NCBI GenBank assembly: GCA_016179965.1
Contig: JACPCF010000059.1
Span: 972-64,971, forward strand
Direction: 5' to 3'
DNA from: Candidatus Rokuibacteriota bacterium
GTDB taxonomy: Bacteria; Methylomirabilota; Methylomirabilia; Rokubacteriales; CSP1-6
Length of the DNA stretch: 64,000 bases
The translations under genes were made by a program, and so were the position numbers. Numbering within the stretch: position 1 is the stretch's first letter; each line of letters begins with the position of its first letter. Under the pieces are notes generated by a model. The model was not told where the DNA came from and searched no databases. It worked only from the letters and a program-made list of their open reading frames with translations. This document shows positions 46,730 to 56,714 of the stretch, in pieces.

Positions 46730-47593
46730 ATGATGACCGGCGCCATCCTGCAGGCGATCAACGGCGTTTCGCTCGCCGCGCTGCTGTTTCTGCTGGCGAG
46801 CGGGTTCACGCTCACCTTCGGCCTGATGCGCGTGGTGAACATGGCGCACGGCGCCTACTACCTGCTCGGCGGCTACGTCGGCCTTTCGACCGTGCGCGCG
46901 ACCGGCAGCTTCGCGCTCGCCATCGCGGCCGGCGGCGCGGCGATCGTGCTGCTCGGCTATCTCGTGGACCGCTTTCTCATCCGGCGCACCGGCGAGAACC
47001 ACCTCGCGCAGGTGCTGCTCACCGTCGGGGTCGCCTTCGTGATCGGCGACATCGCGCTCAAGATCTGGGGCGGGGACTCGCTGAAGGTGCACGTGCCAGA
47101 GTTGCTGCGCGGCCCCATGGAGCTGCCCGGGGGCCTGGTCTACCCGGCGTACCGCTTCGTGCTCATCTTCTTCAGCATCGTGGTCGGCGTGCTGCTCTGG
47201 GTGCTCTATCGCAAGACGCAGATCGGCGCGGTGGTGCGCGCCGGCGTGGACGACCGCGAACAGGTGAGCGCCACCGGCATCAACGTGGACCGCCTGTTCG
47301 TGATCGTGTCGGCGCTCGCCTCGTTTCTCGCCGGAATGTCCGGCGTGGTCGGCGGCGCATTTCTTATGCTCTACCCGGGCGCAGAGTGGGAGATCCTGGT
47401 GTACGCGCTGGTGGTGGTGATCGTCGGCGGGCTCGGCAGCCTCGAGGGCGCCATGATCGGGGCGCTGATCGTCGGCCTGCTCGACGCCTACGGGCGCTGG
47501 CTGCTGCCGGAGTTTTCGTATTTCGTGCTGTTCGCGCCGATGGCGCTGCTGCTGCTCGTCAGGCCGCGCGGCCTGTTCGGCAAGGACATCTGA
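46730..47593 (+). CDS. livH: Branched-chain amino acid ABC transporter permease (LivH-like).
   Basis: It is of the BPD_transp_2 type. The start is placed at MMTGAILQAING. Confidence 0.8.
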   Translation: MMTGAILQAINGVSLAALLFLLASGFTLTFGLMRVVNMAHGAYYLLGGYVGLSTVRATGSFALAIAAGGAAIVLLGYLVDRFLIRRTGENHLAQVLLTVGVAFVIGDIALKIWGGDSLKVHVPELLRGPMELPGGLVYPAYRFVLIFFSIVVGVLLWVLYRKTQIGAVVRAGVDDREQVSATGINVDRLFVIVSALASFLAGMSGVVGGAFLMLYPGAEWEILVYALVVVIVGGLGSLEGAMIGALIVGLLDAYGRWLLPEFSYFVLFAPMALLLLVRPRGLFGKDI

Positions 47594-48538
47594 TTGGGCC
47601 GCGTCGGCATCGGTCTCGCTCTTGCCGCGTTCGCCGTCGCCCTGACCCTGCCGCAGTTCGCGGGCCCCTTCTGGATGGGACTGGTCACGCAGATGCTGAT
47701 CTTCGGTCTGCTCGCGCTGTCGGTGGACCTGCTGCTCGGCCAAACGGGGCTGTTCTCGCTCTGCCATGCCTCCTTCTTCGCAGTCGCCGCCTACACGACC
47801 GCCATTCTTCAGGTGCGCTACGCGGTGCCGACGTTGCTCGCCGCGCCGGCGGGCCTCGTCGCCGGCACGCTGCTTGCGCTCGGCTTCGGGCTCGCGGTGC
47901 GAACGCGCGGCGTGTACTTCATCCTGATCACCATCGCGCTGGGCTACATCGTGTGGGGCGTCTTGCACCGCTGGTCCTCGTTCACCGGGGGCGACAACGG
48001 CGTCACCAACGTCCCGTTCCCCGCAGTGGGCGAGCTGCGCATCGGCTCGCACACCGAGTACTACTATTTCGTGCTGGCGGTGGTGATCGCCTGCGCCCTC
48101 GTCTACCGCGTGCTGATCGCCTCGCCGTTCGGCCTGAGCTTGCGCGGCATCAAGGCAAGCGAGACGCGCACGCGCAGTCTGGGCTACCGCACGGGCCTGC
48201 ACCTGTACGCGGCGTTCGTGCTGTCCGGGCTGCTGGCAAGCCTCGCGGGCGTGCTCTACGTGTACTACAACCGGTTCGTGAACCCGGTCTCCGCCTCGTT
48301 CCCGATCTCGGTCGAGGCGACGCTGATGGCGATCATCGGCGGCAGCGGGACGATTGCCGGGCCGTTCATCGGCTCCGGAATCATTCTCGGCCTGCGCAAC
48401 TGGGTGAGCAGCTTCTTCGAGCTGTACGCCACCGTGATGGGCGTGGTGTTCATCGCCACCGTGCTGTGGGCGCCGGACGGGATCGTCGGCCTGGTGAACC
48501 GCTTGCGCGCCGCGCGCGCGAGGCGCAAGGCGTTATGA
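47594..48538 (+). CDS. livM: Branched-chain amino acid ABC transporter permease (LivM-like).
   Basis: It is of the BPD_transp_2 type. It uses a TTG (or downstream ATG) start directly after the livH stop. Confidence 0.75.
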   Translation: MGRVGIGLALAAFAVALTLPQFAGPFWMGLVTQMLIFGLLALSVDLLLGQTGLFSLCHASFFAVAAYTTAILQVRYAVPTLLAAPAGLVAGTLLALGFGLAVRTRGVYFILITIALGYIVWGVLHRWSSFTGGDNGVTNVPFPAVGELRIGSHTEYYYFVLAVVIACALVYRVLIASPFGLSLRGIKASETRTRSLGYRTGLHLYAAFVLSGLLASLAGVLYVYYNRFVNPVSASFPISVEATLMAIIGGSGTIAGPFIGSGIILGLRNWVSSFFELYATVMGVVFIATVLWAPDGIVGLVNRLRAARARRKAL

Positions 48539-49281
48539 CGCCGCCCGCCATCGAGGTCGGCGCGTTGACCAAGGAGTTCGGCGGGCTGCGCGCGGTGGAC
48601 GGCATCTCGCTCTCCGTTGCCACCGGCGAGCGGCGGGTGCTGATCGGACCCAACGGTGCGGGCAAGACGACGCTGTTTCACTGCATTACCGGCACGCTCA
48701 GCCCTTCGGCCGGGCGCGTGGCGCTGTTCGGCCGCGACGTCACGGCGCTTGCCGAGAGCCGGCGCACTGCGCTCGGCATGGGCCGCACGTTCCAGATCTC
48801 GAACGTGTTCGCCAACCTTTCGCTCGCCGAGAACCTGGTGCTCGCGCTGATCGGCACCGGGCGGCGCAAATGGATCATGCATCGCCCGGTAGGCGCGTAC
48901 CCCGATCTGCGGCGGCGCGCGCTCGAGGGACTCGAGCACGTCGGCCTGAGGCAGCGCGCCGACGAGTCCGTGAAGCACCTGTCCTACGGCGAGCGCCGGC
49001 AGCTCGAGCTGGCGCTCGCGCTCAACTCCAATCCGAAGGTGCTGTTTCTCGACGAGCCCTGCGCCGGGCTCTCGCCGGGCGAACGCCAGCGCATCTCGAA
49101 GATGATCGGCGCTCTGCCGCGCGACATCACGCTCGTCATGATCGAGCACGACATGGACGTCGCGCTCGGCCTCGCCGACCGGGTGACGGTGCTGCATCGC
49201 GGAAGAATCATCCTCGAGGGCTCGCCCGCCGAGGTGCAGGCCAACCCCGAGGTGCGTGACGTCTATTTCGGCCATGTCTGA
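48535..49281 (+). CDS. livG: Branched-chain amino acid ABC transporter ATP-binding protein (LivG-like).
   Basis: Walker A is GPNGAGKTT, the signature is LSYGERRQLE and the Walker B is FLDEP. Confidence 0.85.
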   Translation: MTPPAIEVGALTKEFGGLRAVDGISLSVATGERRVLIGPNGAGKTTLFHCITGTLSPSAGRVALFGRDVTALAESRRTALGMGRTFQISNVFANLSLAENLVLALIGTGRRKWIMHRPVGAYPDLRRRALEGLEHVGLRQRADESVKHLSYGERRQLELALALNSNPKVLFLDEPCAGLSPGERQRISKMIGALPRDITLVMIEHDMDVALGLADRVTVLHRGRIILEGSPAEVQANPEVRDVYFGHV

Positions 49282-50029
49282 GCCGCTGCTCTCGGTCCGC
49301 GGGATCCACACGTACTACGGCGACAGCTACGTGCTGCAGGGCGTCAGCCTCGAGCTGCAGGAGGGCCGCATCGTGGCGATCCTCGGACGCAACGGCATGG
49401 GCAAGACCACGCTCATCCGCTCGGTCGCGGGCCTCACCCCGCCGCGCGAGGGCGAGGTCTTGTTCAAGGGCCGCTCTCTGCGCGGGCTCCCGCCATACGC
49501 GATCGCCCAGCTGGGGATGGCGAACGTGCCGCAGGGGCGGCGCATCTTCGGCTCGCTGACCGTGCGCGAAAACCTGCTGCTGCCGACCAGCGCTCTCGCG
49601 GGGGGGCGGCCCGCCCAGGCGCGCGAAGGCCGCAAGCGCTGGGACCTCGATGCCGTGCTGCAGGAGTTTCCGCAGCTCGCCGAGCGCATCGCACACTCCG
49701 GCGGCGCGCTGAGCGGCGGCGAGCAGCAGATGCTGGCGGTCGGCCGCGCGCTGATGGCGAACCCGGACCTGATCCTGATGGACGAGCCCTCCGAGGGACT
49801 CGCCCCCCGCCTCGTACAGCAGGTCGAGGCGATCATGAAGAGCCTGCGCGCGCATGGCCATGCTATCCTGCTGGTCGAACAGAACTTCGCGCTCGCCGTG
49901 TCGGTCGCCGATTCAATCCATGTGCTCTCGTCGGGCCGCTTCGTGTTCCAGGGGACGCCCGCCGAACTCGCCCGCGATAGCGAGATCCTCGACCACCACC
50001 TCGGTGTGGCCGGATCCCAAACCGCCTGA
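49274..50029 (+). CDS. livF: Branched-chain amino acid ABC transporter ATP-binding protein (LivF-like).
   Basis: Walker A is GRNGMGKTT and the signature is LSGGEQQMLA. It overlaps the livG stop. Confidence 0.85.
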   Translation: MSEPLLSVRGIHTYYGDSYVLQGVSLELQEGRIVAILGRNGMGKTTLIRSVAGLTPPREGEVLFKGRSLRGLPPYAIAQLGMANVPQGRRIFGSLTVRENLLLPTSALAGGRPAQAREGRKRWDLDAVLQEFPQLAERIAHSGGALSGGEQQMLAVGRALMANPDLILMDEPSEGLAPRLVQQVEAIMKSLRAHGHAILLVEQNFALAVSVADSIHVLSSGRFVFQGTPAELARDSEILDHHLGVAGSQTA

Positions 50030-50042
50030 AAGGAGCTCCCCC

Positions 50043-50975
50043 ATGCCCGTACGTCACGTTCTCAACCCCAGCCCGGAGACCATCCACTGGGGCCACTTCG
50101 ACGCAAAAATTCCCGCACGCCTCGAGGTCGACTCGGGCGATACGGTGGTCGTCGATACCGTGTCCGGCTGGGGCGACGTCATAGACGTCTCCCTGTTGCG
50201 CCCTGACCACCTCGAGATCGTCACGAAGATGAAACCGATTCTCGGACCACACATCCTCACCGGACCGATCGCGGTGCGCGGCGCCCTGCCGGGCGACGTG
50301 CTCGAGGTGCGCATCCAGGCGATCGAGCTGACCGTGGACTGGGGCTGGAACATCATCCGGCCGTTGCGCGGCACGCTGCCCGAGGACTTCCCGAATTTCG
50401 AGCGCCGCACCCTGCCGCTCGACCGCAAGGCCATGACGACCAAGCTCCCCTGGGGACCGACGATCCCGCTGCGGCCGTTCTTCGGCATCCTCGCCACCGC
50501 GCCGCGCCCCGAGTACGGCATGATCTCCTCGGTCGAACCGCGCGAGTTCGGCGGCAACATCGACTGCAGGGAGTTCGATCCGGGGACTTCGCTGTTCCTG
50601 CCGGTGTTCGTGCCGGGGGCGAACTTCTCCGCGGGCGACGGCCACGCGGTGCAGGGCGACGGCGAGGTGTGCCTCACGGCGCTCGAAACCTGCCTGAAGG
50701 GCACTTTCGAGCTGGTGCTGCGCAAGGACATGCGGCTCGCCATGCCGCGCGCGATCACCCCGACCCATTACATCACCTTCGGTCTCGACCTGGATCTCGA
50801 CGACGCCGCCAAGCAGGCGCTGCGCGACATGATCGCCTGGCTGGTGCAAATGGGAGGTTGGACGCCGTCCGAGGCCTACGTCTTCTGCAGCCTCGCCTGC
50901 GACCTGCACGTCACCCAGCTGGTCGACGGCAACAAGGGCATCCACGCCATGGTGAACAGGAATCTGGTGGGCTAG
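50043..50975 (+). CDS. fmdA: Formamidase/acetamidase (FmdA_AmdA family).
   Basis: It is 310 aa with the FmdA_AmdA pattern, including the conserved C-terminal region (…CDLHVTQLVDGNKGIHAMV). Confidence 0.8.
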   Translation: MPVRHVLNPSPETIHWGHFDAKIPARLEVDSGDTVVVDTVSGWGDVIDVSLLRPDHLEIVTKMKPILGPHILTGPIAVRGALPGDVLEVRIQAIELTVDWGWNIIRPLRGTLPEDFPNFERRTLPLDRKAMTTKLPWGPTIPLRPFFGILATAPRPEYGMISSVEPREFGGNIDCREFDPGTSLFLPVFVPGANFSAGDGHAVQGDGEVCLTALETCLKGTFELVLRKDMRLAMPRAITPTHYITFGLDLDLDDAAKQALRDMIAWLVQMGGWTPSEAYVFCSLACDLHVTQLVDGNKGIHAMVNRNLVG

Positions 50976-51562
50976 CATGAAACTGTTCGATCTGACAGGC
51001 CGGGTCGCGATCGTGACCGGCGGTAACCTGTCTCCTCATCCCCATCGACGTATTGCGGCGGGCTCTCGCCTACTCGCTTCGTCACCTTCGGATACCTGCC
51101 CCGCGGGGCTGCGTCCTCGATGGCCATGACGTTGATCTGATGCCACCAGTCGTCGCCGAAGTCAAACCAGTAGCCGAAGGTATCGTCCACCTTCAAGCCT
51201 AGCGACCCAATGGTGGTGCGCGTCAGGTCGCCGGCCGGCTTGCGGTGGGAGAACGGCTCGTCCACAGCCATGGGCAGCACGTACCGCCGCGCCTGCCGGT
51301 CCATCGGCCCTTTGCCGCCCACCTGGAACTCGTGCATGTGCTCCTCTTCGCGATCGAAGGCATCGAAGATCGCGTGATGCAGGTCTTCAAGCGTCTGGTC
51401 TCCGCGCATCTGAATGGTCCGGGCGATCAGCGGGTTCTTCCGGGCGAAGCTCCCGGTCATGGGCCCGCTGGTGATGAAGACCTCCAGCGTATAGAGCCGC
51501 TGGCCGCCTCCGGCCCGAGTCACTGCCTTCTTGGCTGGTTTCTTTGCTGCCTTCCGTGACAT
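50972..51562 (-). CDS. Plasmid pRiA4b ORF-3-like protein (PF07929 family, often IS/plasmid-associated). Its 3' end reads through into the SDR fragment.
   Basis: The core is …YTLEVFITSGP…GDLTRTTIGSLGLKVDDTFGYWFDFGDDWWHQINV… The original C-terminus/stop seems to be lost at the ~51050 junction. Confidence 0.55.
   Translation of the reverse strand: MSRKAAKKPAKKAVTRAGGGQRLYTLEVFITSGPMTGSFARKNPLIARTIQMRGDQTLEDLHHAIFDAFDREEEHMHEFQVGGKGPMDRQARRYVLPMAVDEPFSHRKPAGDLTRTTIGSLGLKVDDTFGYWFDFGDDWWHQINVMAIEDAAPRGRYPKVTKRVGESPPQYVDGDEETGYRRSRSRPGLSDRTVSC
50978..51050 (+). pseudogene. Short-chain dehydrogenase/reductase gene fragment. Only the first ~17 codons are present (MKLFDLTGRVAIVTGGN), then the frame runs into unrelated sequence.
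   Basis: A canonical SDR N-terminus up to the TGGxxGIG glycine motif is present, which then degenerates into the antisense of the pRiA4b-ORF3-like gene. Confidence 0.55.
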
Positions 51563-51874
51563 GAGGCGCTCGAGTGGATCGCCACGCAAATCAACGGGCC
51601 CCCTTATTTGTCGTGTCCTCGCCGCTCCTCATCCCACCCGCGCTCCTCGATCCACCCTCGGCGGTAGACTTCTCGAGATTCACTCGAGACCTCGAACCAG
51701 ACCGCGTCCCCTGGCGCCCTGTCGTTGAGACTGTACTCCGCCCAGGCATCGAGGCTGTGGATCAACGCGGTTCCCCACTCTTCCGGGGTTGCTTGAACCG
51801 AACCGAGCAGCGACCATCGCTGTCTCCGACAGGACGCGGCTGGCGGGCCGAACCGTGCAGCTCACCTACGAAAA

Positions 51875-51901
51875 CCCCTGGCGGCTCGTGGCCGCCAGGG
51901 G
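51875..51901 (-). terminator. Hairpin terminator directly 3' of tRNA-Ala.
   Basis: CCCCTGGCGGC-tcgtg-GCCGCCAGGGG, an 11-bp perfect stem, is followed on the minus strand by TTTTC. Confidence 0.55.
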
Positions 51902-51914
51902 CCGAAATGCCAAC

Positions 51915-51990
51915 TGGTGGAGGGTAAGGGATTCGAACCCTCGACCTCGGCGTTGCGAACGCCGCGCTCTCCCAACTGAGCTAACCCCCC
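51915..51990 (-). tRNA. tRNA-Ala (anticodon CGC), with CCA encoded.
   Basis: It is 76 nt with a cloverleaf. The G3:U70 alanine identity pair, U33, the anticodon CGC, A37, the GTTCGAATC T-loop and 3' CCA are all present. Confidence 0.9.
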
Positions 51991-52018
51991 GACGACGCGC
52001 TATTGTAGCAGATTCGGG

Positions 52019-52825
52019 TCAGGGCTTCCCGGACTCGGGCGGCGCGTAGCCGCGGAGGAACGGTGTGACCAGGTCGATGGGGATGGGGAAGAAGGTCGTC
52101 GTGTTGCGCTCCGAGGCGACCTCGCGCATCGTCTGCAGAAAGCGCAACTGGACGGCAATCGGATAGCGCGAGAGGACCTGGGCGGCGTCGGCCAGCTTGG
52201 CCGCCGCCTGGAACTCGCCGTCGGCGTTGATGACCTTGGCGCGGCGTTCGCGCTCGGCCTCGGCCTGCTTGGCCATGGCCCGCTGCATGTCCTGGGGAAG
52301 GTCGATGTGCTTGACCTCCACATTGGTGACCTTGACGCCCCAGGGGTCGGTGTGCTCGTCGATGATCTTCTGCAGCTGCTGGTTGATCTTGTCGCGGGCC
52401 GCGAGGAGGTCGTCCAGCTCCTGCTGGCCGAGGACGCTCCGGAGTGTCGTCTGGGCCATCTGGGAGGTGGCGTAGAGGTAGTCCTCCACCTGGATGATCG
52501 CCTTCTCCGGATCCAGCACCCGGAAGTAAATCACCGCGTTCACCTTGATTGAGACGTTGTCGCGGGTGATGACGTCCTGGGGCGGCACGTCCATGGCGAC
52601 GGTGCGGAGGCTCACCTTCACCATCTTGTCCACGAAAGGGATCAGGAGCAGGAGGCCGGGGCCCAGGCCGTCGCCGCCGGGGTTGAAGACCGACCGGGCC
52701 TTCTTTCCGAGGCGGAAGATGACGCCCCGCTCGTACTCCCGGAGGATCTTGACCATCGAACTGAAGAAGAACAGAGCCGCGGCGACCGCGAGGATGATAC
52801 CGAAGAGCAGGTTGAATTCAGGCAT
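52019..52825 (-). CDS. SPFH/band 7 (stomatin-like, QmcA/YbbK-type) protein.
   Basis: It has an N-terminal TM segment, a PHB domain and a coiled coil. It pairs with nfeD. Confidence 0.85.
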   Translation of the reverse strand: MPEFNLLFGIILAVAAALFFFSSMVKILREYERGVIFRLGKKARSVFNPGGDGLGPGLLLLIPFVDKMVKVSLRTVAMDVPPQDVITRDNVSIKVNAVIYFRVLDPEKAIIQVEDYLYATSQMAQTTLRSVLGQQELDDLLAARDKINQQLQKIIDEHTDPWGVKVTNVEVKHIDLPQDMQRAMAKQAEAERERRAKVINADGEFQAAAKLADAAQVLSRYPIAVQLRFLQTMREVASERNTTTFFPIPIDLVTPFLRGYAPPESGKP

Positions 52826-52834
52826 AGCGTCCTC

Positions 52835-54127
52835 CTAAGGGCCCGTCGCCTTGGTCACTTTGAGGGTCAGCCCGTCGATCCCGGTCACCGTCACCGACTC
52901 CCCCTCGGCCACCGCGCCGCCCTCCGCCACCGCGCGCCAGCGCTCTCCGTGGACGAACACCTCGCCGGCCGGGTCGAGCGGCGAGCGCGCCACCGCCACC
53001 TGGCCGATCAGCCCGGAATAGCCGGTGGTGGGTTTCTGGAACAGCGCGCGGACGCCGGCCGTCACGGCAAAGGCGAAGAAGGCCCCCGTCGCCCCCACGG
53101 TCGGCAGGATCACCCACCACGACACGCTGATCCCCGCCTCGGGGGCGTCGAAGAGCATGATGGAGCCCAGGAGCATCGAGACGATGCCGCCGATGCTCAG
53201 GATGCCGTGGCTCACCACCTTGATCTCTGCGATCAGGAGAATGACCCCGAAGACGATCAGCAGCAGCCCGGCGTAGTTGATCGGCAGGGTCTGGAACGCG
53301 AAGAAGGCCAGGATCAGGCTGATCCCGCCCAGGACGCCGGGCAGGATCACGCCGGGGTTGGACAGCTCGAAAAAGATCCCCAGCAGCCCGATCATCATCA
53401 GAATATAGGCGATGTTCGGGTCGGTGATGATCGTCAGGAACCGGTCCCGGAAGCCGATCTCCACCTTCTTGATGGGAGCGTCGGCGGTCCGGAGCGTCAC
53501 CGGGCCCTTGACGGTCTTCACGGTCTTGCCGTCGATCTTCACGAGGAGGTCGGCGACGTTCTCCGCGATGAGGTCCACGACCTTGAGCTTCACCGCCTCG
53601 CGCTCCGTGGCGGAGACCGAGGCCCGGACCGCCTTCTCCGCCCAGTCGGCGTTCCGTCCCCGCTCGGTGGCGATCGTCCGCGCGAAGGCCGCGGCGTCGT
53701 TCTCGATCTTCTTCGCGCTTACCTTGTCCATCTGCCCGCCGCCCACCGACACCGGATGGGCCGCGCCAATGTTCGTGGCCGGCGCCATGGCCGCGACGTG
53801 GGCCGCCATGGTGATGAAGACGCCGGCCGAGGCCGCGCGCGCGCCGGTCGGTCCCACGAACACGATCACGGGCACCTCGGCGTTCAGCTCTCGCTGGACG
53901 ATGGAGCGCATGGAGCGCTCGAGCCCGCCGGGCGTGTCGAGCTGGATGATGAGCGCCTGGGCCTTCTCCGCCTGGGCGCGATCGATGGCCATGGACACGA
54001 GACGGACCGTGACCGGGCTGATGACGCCGTCAATCTGGATCAACGCAACCGGCTCGGCCGCCCGCGCCGGCGCCAGTCCGAAGACCACGAACACGAAGGG
54101 AAGGACGGAGGTCAGAAACCGCGTCAT
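52835..54127 (-). CDS. nfeD: NfeD-like membrane-bound ClpP-class serine protease.
   Basis: It has a signal peptide, a ClpP-like protease domain, multiple TM segments and a C-terminal OB-fold. It lies upstream of the stomatin gene. Confidence 0.8.
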   Translation of the reverse strand: MTRFLTSVLPFVFVVFGLAPARAAEPVALIQIDGVISPVTVRLVSMAIDRAQAEKAQALIIQLDTPGGLERSMRSIVQRELNAEVPVIVFVGPTGARAASAGVFITMAAHVAAMAPATNIGAAHPVSVGGGQMDKVSAKKIENDAAAFARTIATERGRNADWAEKAVRASVSATEREAVKLKVVDLIAENVADLLVKIDGKTVKTVKGPVTLRTADAPIKKVEIGFRDRFLTIITDPNIAYILMMIGLLGIFFELSNPGVILPGVLGGISLILAFFAFQTLPINYAGLLLIVFGVILLIAEIKVVSHGILSIGGIVSMLLGSIMLFDAPEAGISVSWWVILPTVGATGAFFAFAVTAGVRALFQKPTTGYSGLIGQVAVARSPLDPAGEVFVHGERWRAVAEGGAVAEGESVTVTGIDGLTLKVTKATGP

Positions 54128-54166
54128 GAGTCGCCTACGGGTTGACTATACCACAGCCGGGACGGC

Positions 54167-55114
54167 TCAGCGGGACCCGCGCTGGAGAGCCAGGAGACTC
54201 ACAAACTCGAAGAGGAGATTGGCGGCGAGGAGAGCCGTCACCTGTCCCGGGCCGTCGTAGAGCGGCGAGACTTCCATCACGTCGGCGCCGACGAGCGTGA
54301 GCCCCTGAAGCGCGCGCACGAGGCCCACGGCCTCGTAGGCGGTGAGCCCGCCGACTTCGGGCGTTCCCGTGCCCGGGGCGTAGGCCGGATCCACGGCGTC
54401 GATGTCGAAGGAGCAGTAGACCGGCGCGCCCGCGAGCCGCTTGACCCGGTCCGCGACCCAGCCGATCCCCCGCTCCTTGATTTCTTCGATCCGGATCACC
54501 TCGAGGCCGTGCTCGGCGTGGAAGTCGAAATCATCCGGCCCGTAGAGCGGGCCGCGGATGCCGATCTGGATCGTCCGCCGAGGGTCAATCAGCCGCTCCT
54601 CCACCGCCCGGCGGAACGGGGCTCCGTGGAAGTACTTGGAGCCGAAATATTCGTCCCAGGTGTCCGGGTGGGCGTCGAAGTGGACCAGCCCGAGCGGTCC
54701 GTGCCGCCGGGCGACGGCCCGGAGGATGGGGAGCGTGACGGAGTGGTCGCCACCCACCGACAGGGGAATCACGCTGTGCTCCACCAAGCGCCCCATCTCG
54801 CGCTCGACGGCCTCGAAGGTCCGCTCGATGGAGATCGGCGCCACGTCCACATCGCCGTAGTCGGCCACGCGGAGCTTCTCGAAAGGCAAGACCTTGAGAA
54901 CGGGGTTCCAGGGACGGATCAGGGCCGACTGGTCGCGAACGGCGCGCGGACCGAAGCGGGCTCCCGGCCGGTAGGAGGCGCCGCCGTCGTACGGAATCCC
55001 CACGAGCGCCACGTCGAGCCGCTCGGGCTCCCGCACGTGGGGCAGGCGCATGAACGTCGGCGGCTGGCCGAAGCGCGGCGAGCGGAAGGCGTCGAGCGGC
55101 CGGAGGTCGTTCAC
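54167..55114 (-). CDS. speB: Agmatinase / arginase-family ureohydrolase.
   Basis: The Mn-binding motifs are present (GGDHSVTLP, DAHPD, SFDIDAVDPAYAPG). The GTG start lies 8 nt after the sufS stop. Confidence 0.8.
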   Translation of the reverse strand: MNDLRPLDAFRSPRFGQPPTFMRLPHVREPERLDVALVGIPYDGGASYRPGARFGPRAVRDQSALIRPWNPVLKVLPFEKLRVADYGDVDVAPISIERTFEAVEREMGRLVEHSVIPLSVGGDHSVTLPILRAVARRHGPLGLVHFDAHPDTWDEYFGSKYFHGAPFRRAVEERLIDPRRTIQIGIRGPLYGPDDFDFHAEHGLEVIRIEEIKERGIGWVADRVKRLAGAPVYCSFDIDAVDPAYAPGTGTPEVGGLTAYEAVGLVRALQGLTLVGADVMEVSPLYDGPGQVTALLAANLLFEFVSLLALQRGSR

Positions 55115-55122
55115 CGCGAAGG

Positions 55123-56340
55123 TCAGATCATGAGGTCCAGATTGGAGAGCGACCGCGCGAGATGCTCGATCTCTGCCGGCGTCGTATGGACCGAGAAACT
55201 GGCTCGGACGGTTCCCACAACTCCAAGGCGCCGCATGAGAGGCATCGCGCAATGGTGACCGGCGCGGACGGCGATCCCCTCCTGGTCGAGGAGGTGGGCG
55301 ACGTCGTGGGGGTGGAGGCCGCGGACGTTGAAGGCGACCACGGCTCCCTTGATCTCGGGGTTCCGCGGCCCGTAGATGGTCGTGTCGCCGTTCTTCGCCA
55401 GCAGCTCCAGCGTCAGCCGGCAGAGAGCCCGCTCGTGGGCAGCGACGGCCTCCATCCCGATTGCCGACAGGTACTCCACGGCCGCCCCGAGGCCCACGAT
55501 GGGGGCGATGGGCGGTGTCCCCGGCTCGAAGCGCCAGGGCAGATCGTTCCACTGGGCGTGGTCGATCCAGACTTCCTTGATCATCTCGCCCCCGCCCCAG
55601 GCGGGCTCCAGCGAGTCGAGCACGGCGCGACGCCCGTAGAGCACGCCCCCCCCTGTCGGGCCGAGCATCTTGTGTCCCGAGAAGGCGTAAAAGTCCGCGC
55701 CCAAACTCTGGACGTTCACGGGCAGATTGGGGACGGCTTGAGCGCCATCTACCAGGACGAGGGCGCCCGCGGCATGGGCCCGCTCGGCGATCTCCCTGAC
55801 CGGGTTGATGGTGCCAAGGACATTGGAGACGTGGGCCACCGCCACCACTCGCGTCCGGCGCGAGAGGAGGCGGGTGAAGGCCTCCAGGTCCAGAAAACCT
55901 TCGCCGATCACGGGCACCGCTTTCAGCACGGCCCCACGATCCCGGCAGAGCATCTGCCAGGGAATCAGGTTGGAGTGGTGCTCCATCTCCGTGACGATGA
56001 CTTCGTCACCGGCCTTGACGGTCCTGCCGATGGCCTGAGCCACCAGGTTGATCGCGTCGGTGGTCCCCCGCGTGAAGACGATCTCCTCCCGCTGGGCGGC
56101 ACCGATGAACTGCCTGACGCGGTCCCGCACCGACTCGAGGAGGGCCGTGGCCTCCTCCCCCAGCGTGTGGATCGAGCGGTGGACGTTGGCGTGGGTGGTC
56201 TCGTAGTAGCGGCGCACCGCCTCGATCACCTGGCGCGGCTTCTGGCTCGACGCGGCCGAATCGAGGTAGACGAGGGGCTTGCCGTTCACGCGACGGTTCA
56301 GTATCGCGAAGTCGGGTCGGCAGCGTTCCGCCAATGTCAT
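55123..56340 (-). CDS. sufS: Cysteine desulfurase, SufS-type (class V aminotransferase).
   Basis: The PLP-lysine motif is SGHKMLGPTGGG and the catalytic-cysteine loop is RAGHHCA. Confidence 0.85.
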   Translation of the reverse strand: MTLAERCRPDFAILNRRVNGKPLVYLDSAASSQKPRQVIEAVRRYYETTHANVHRSIHTLGEEATALLESVRDRVRQFIGAAQREEIVFTRGTTDAINLVAQAIGRTVKAGDEVIVTEMEHHSNLIPWQMLCRDRGAVLKAVPVIGEGFLDLEAFTRLLSRRTRVVAVAHVSNVLGTINPVREIAERAHAAGALVLVDGAQAVPNLPVNVQSLGADFYAFSGHKMLGPTGGGVLYGRRAVLDSLEPAWGGGEMIKEVWIDHAQWNDLPWRFEPGTPPIAPIVGLGAAVEYLSAIGMEAVAAHERALCRLTLELLAKNGDTTIYGPRNPEIKGAVVAFNVRGLHPHDVAHLLDQEGIAVRAGHHCAMPLMRRLGVVGTVRASFSVHTTPAEIEHLARSLSNLDLMI

Positions 56341-56708
56341 CGCGCGGCACCCACGGCGGTCAGGGCTCCTTTCAGAACCTGAAGCGGGAGGGTCACGCAC
56401 GTGATCCGGGAGGGGCGGATCTTCGCCTCGAGGCGCGTCAGGAGATCGTCGGGTGCCAGCGCCAGCACTTCACCGATCGCCCGCCCCCGGGCGATCTCCA
56501 CGAGGAGGTCGGCCGAGGCCATGCAGATGGCGCAGGAATCCCCCTTGAAGCGGGCGTCGGCGACGCTCCCGTTGGCCAGCTTGAGTTGAATCCGCACTCG
56601 GTCTCCGCAGAGCGGGTTCACATCCTCAAAGACGGCGTCGGCGTCGGCGAGATCGCCGAAGAAGCGCGGGTGCCGGAAACGCTCGCTGATGACCGAGCTG
56701 TAGAGCAT
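56337..56708 (-). CDS. sufU: SufU/IscU-like sulfur-transfer scaffold protein.
   Basis: It has three conserved cysteines (NPLCGD, GDSCAIC, RITCVTLP). It overlaps sufS by ATGA. Confidence 0.75.
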   Translation of the reverse strand: MLYSSVISERFRHPRFFGDLADADAVFEDVNPLCGDRVRIQLKLANGSVADARFKGDSCAICMASADLLVEIARGRAIGEVLALAPDDLLTRLEAKIRPSRITCVTLPLQVLKGALTAVGAAR

Positions 56709-56714
56709 GGGAAC

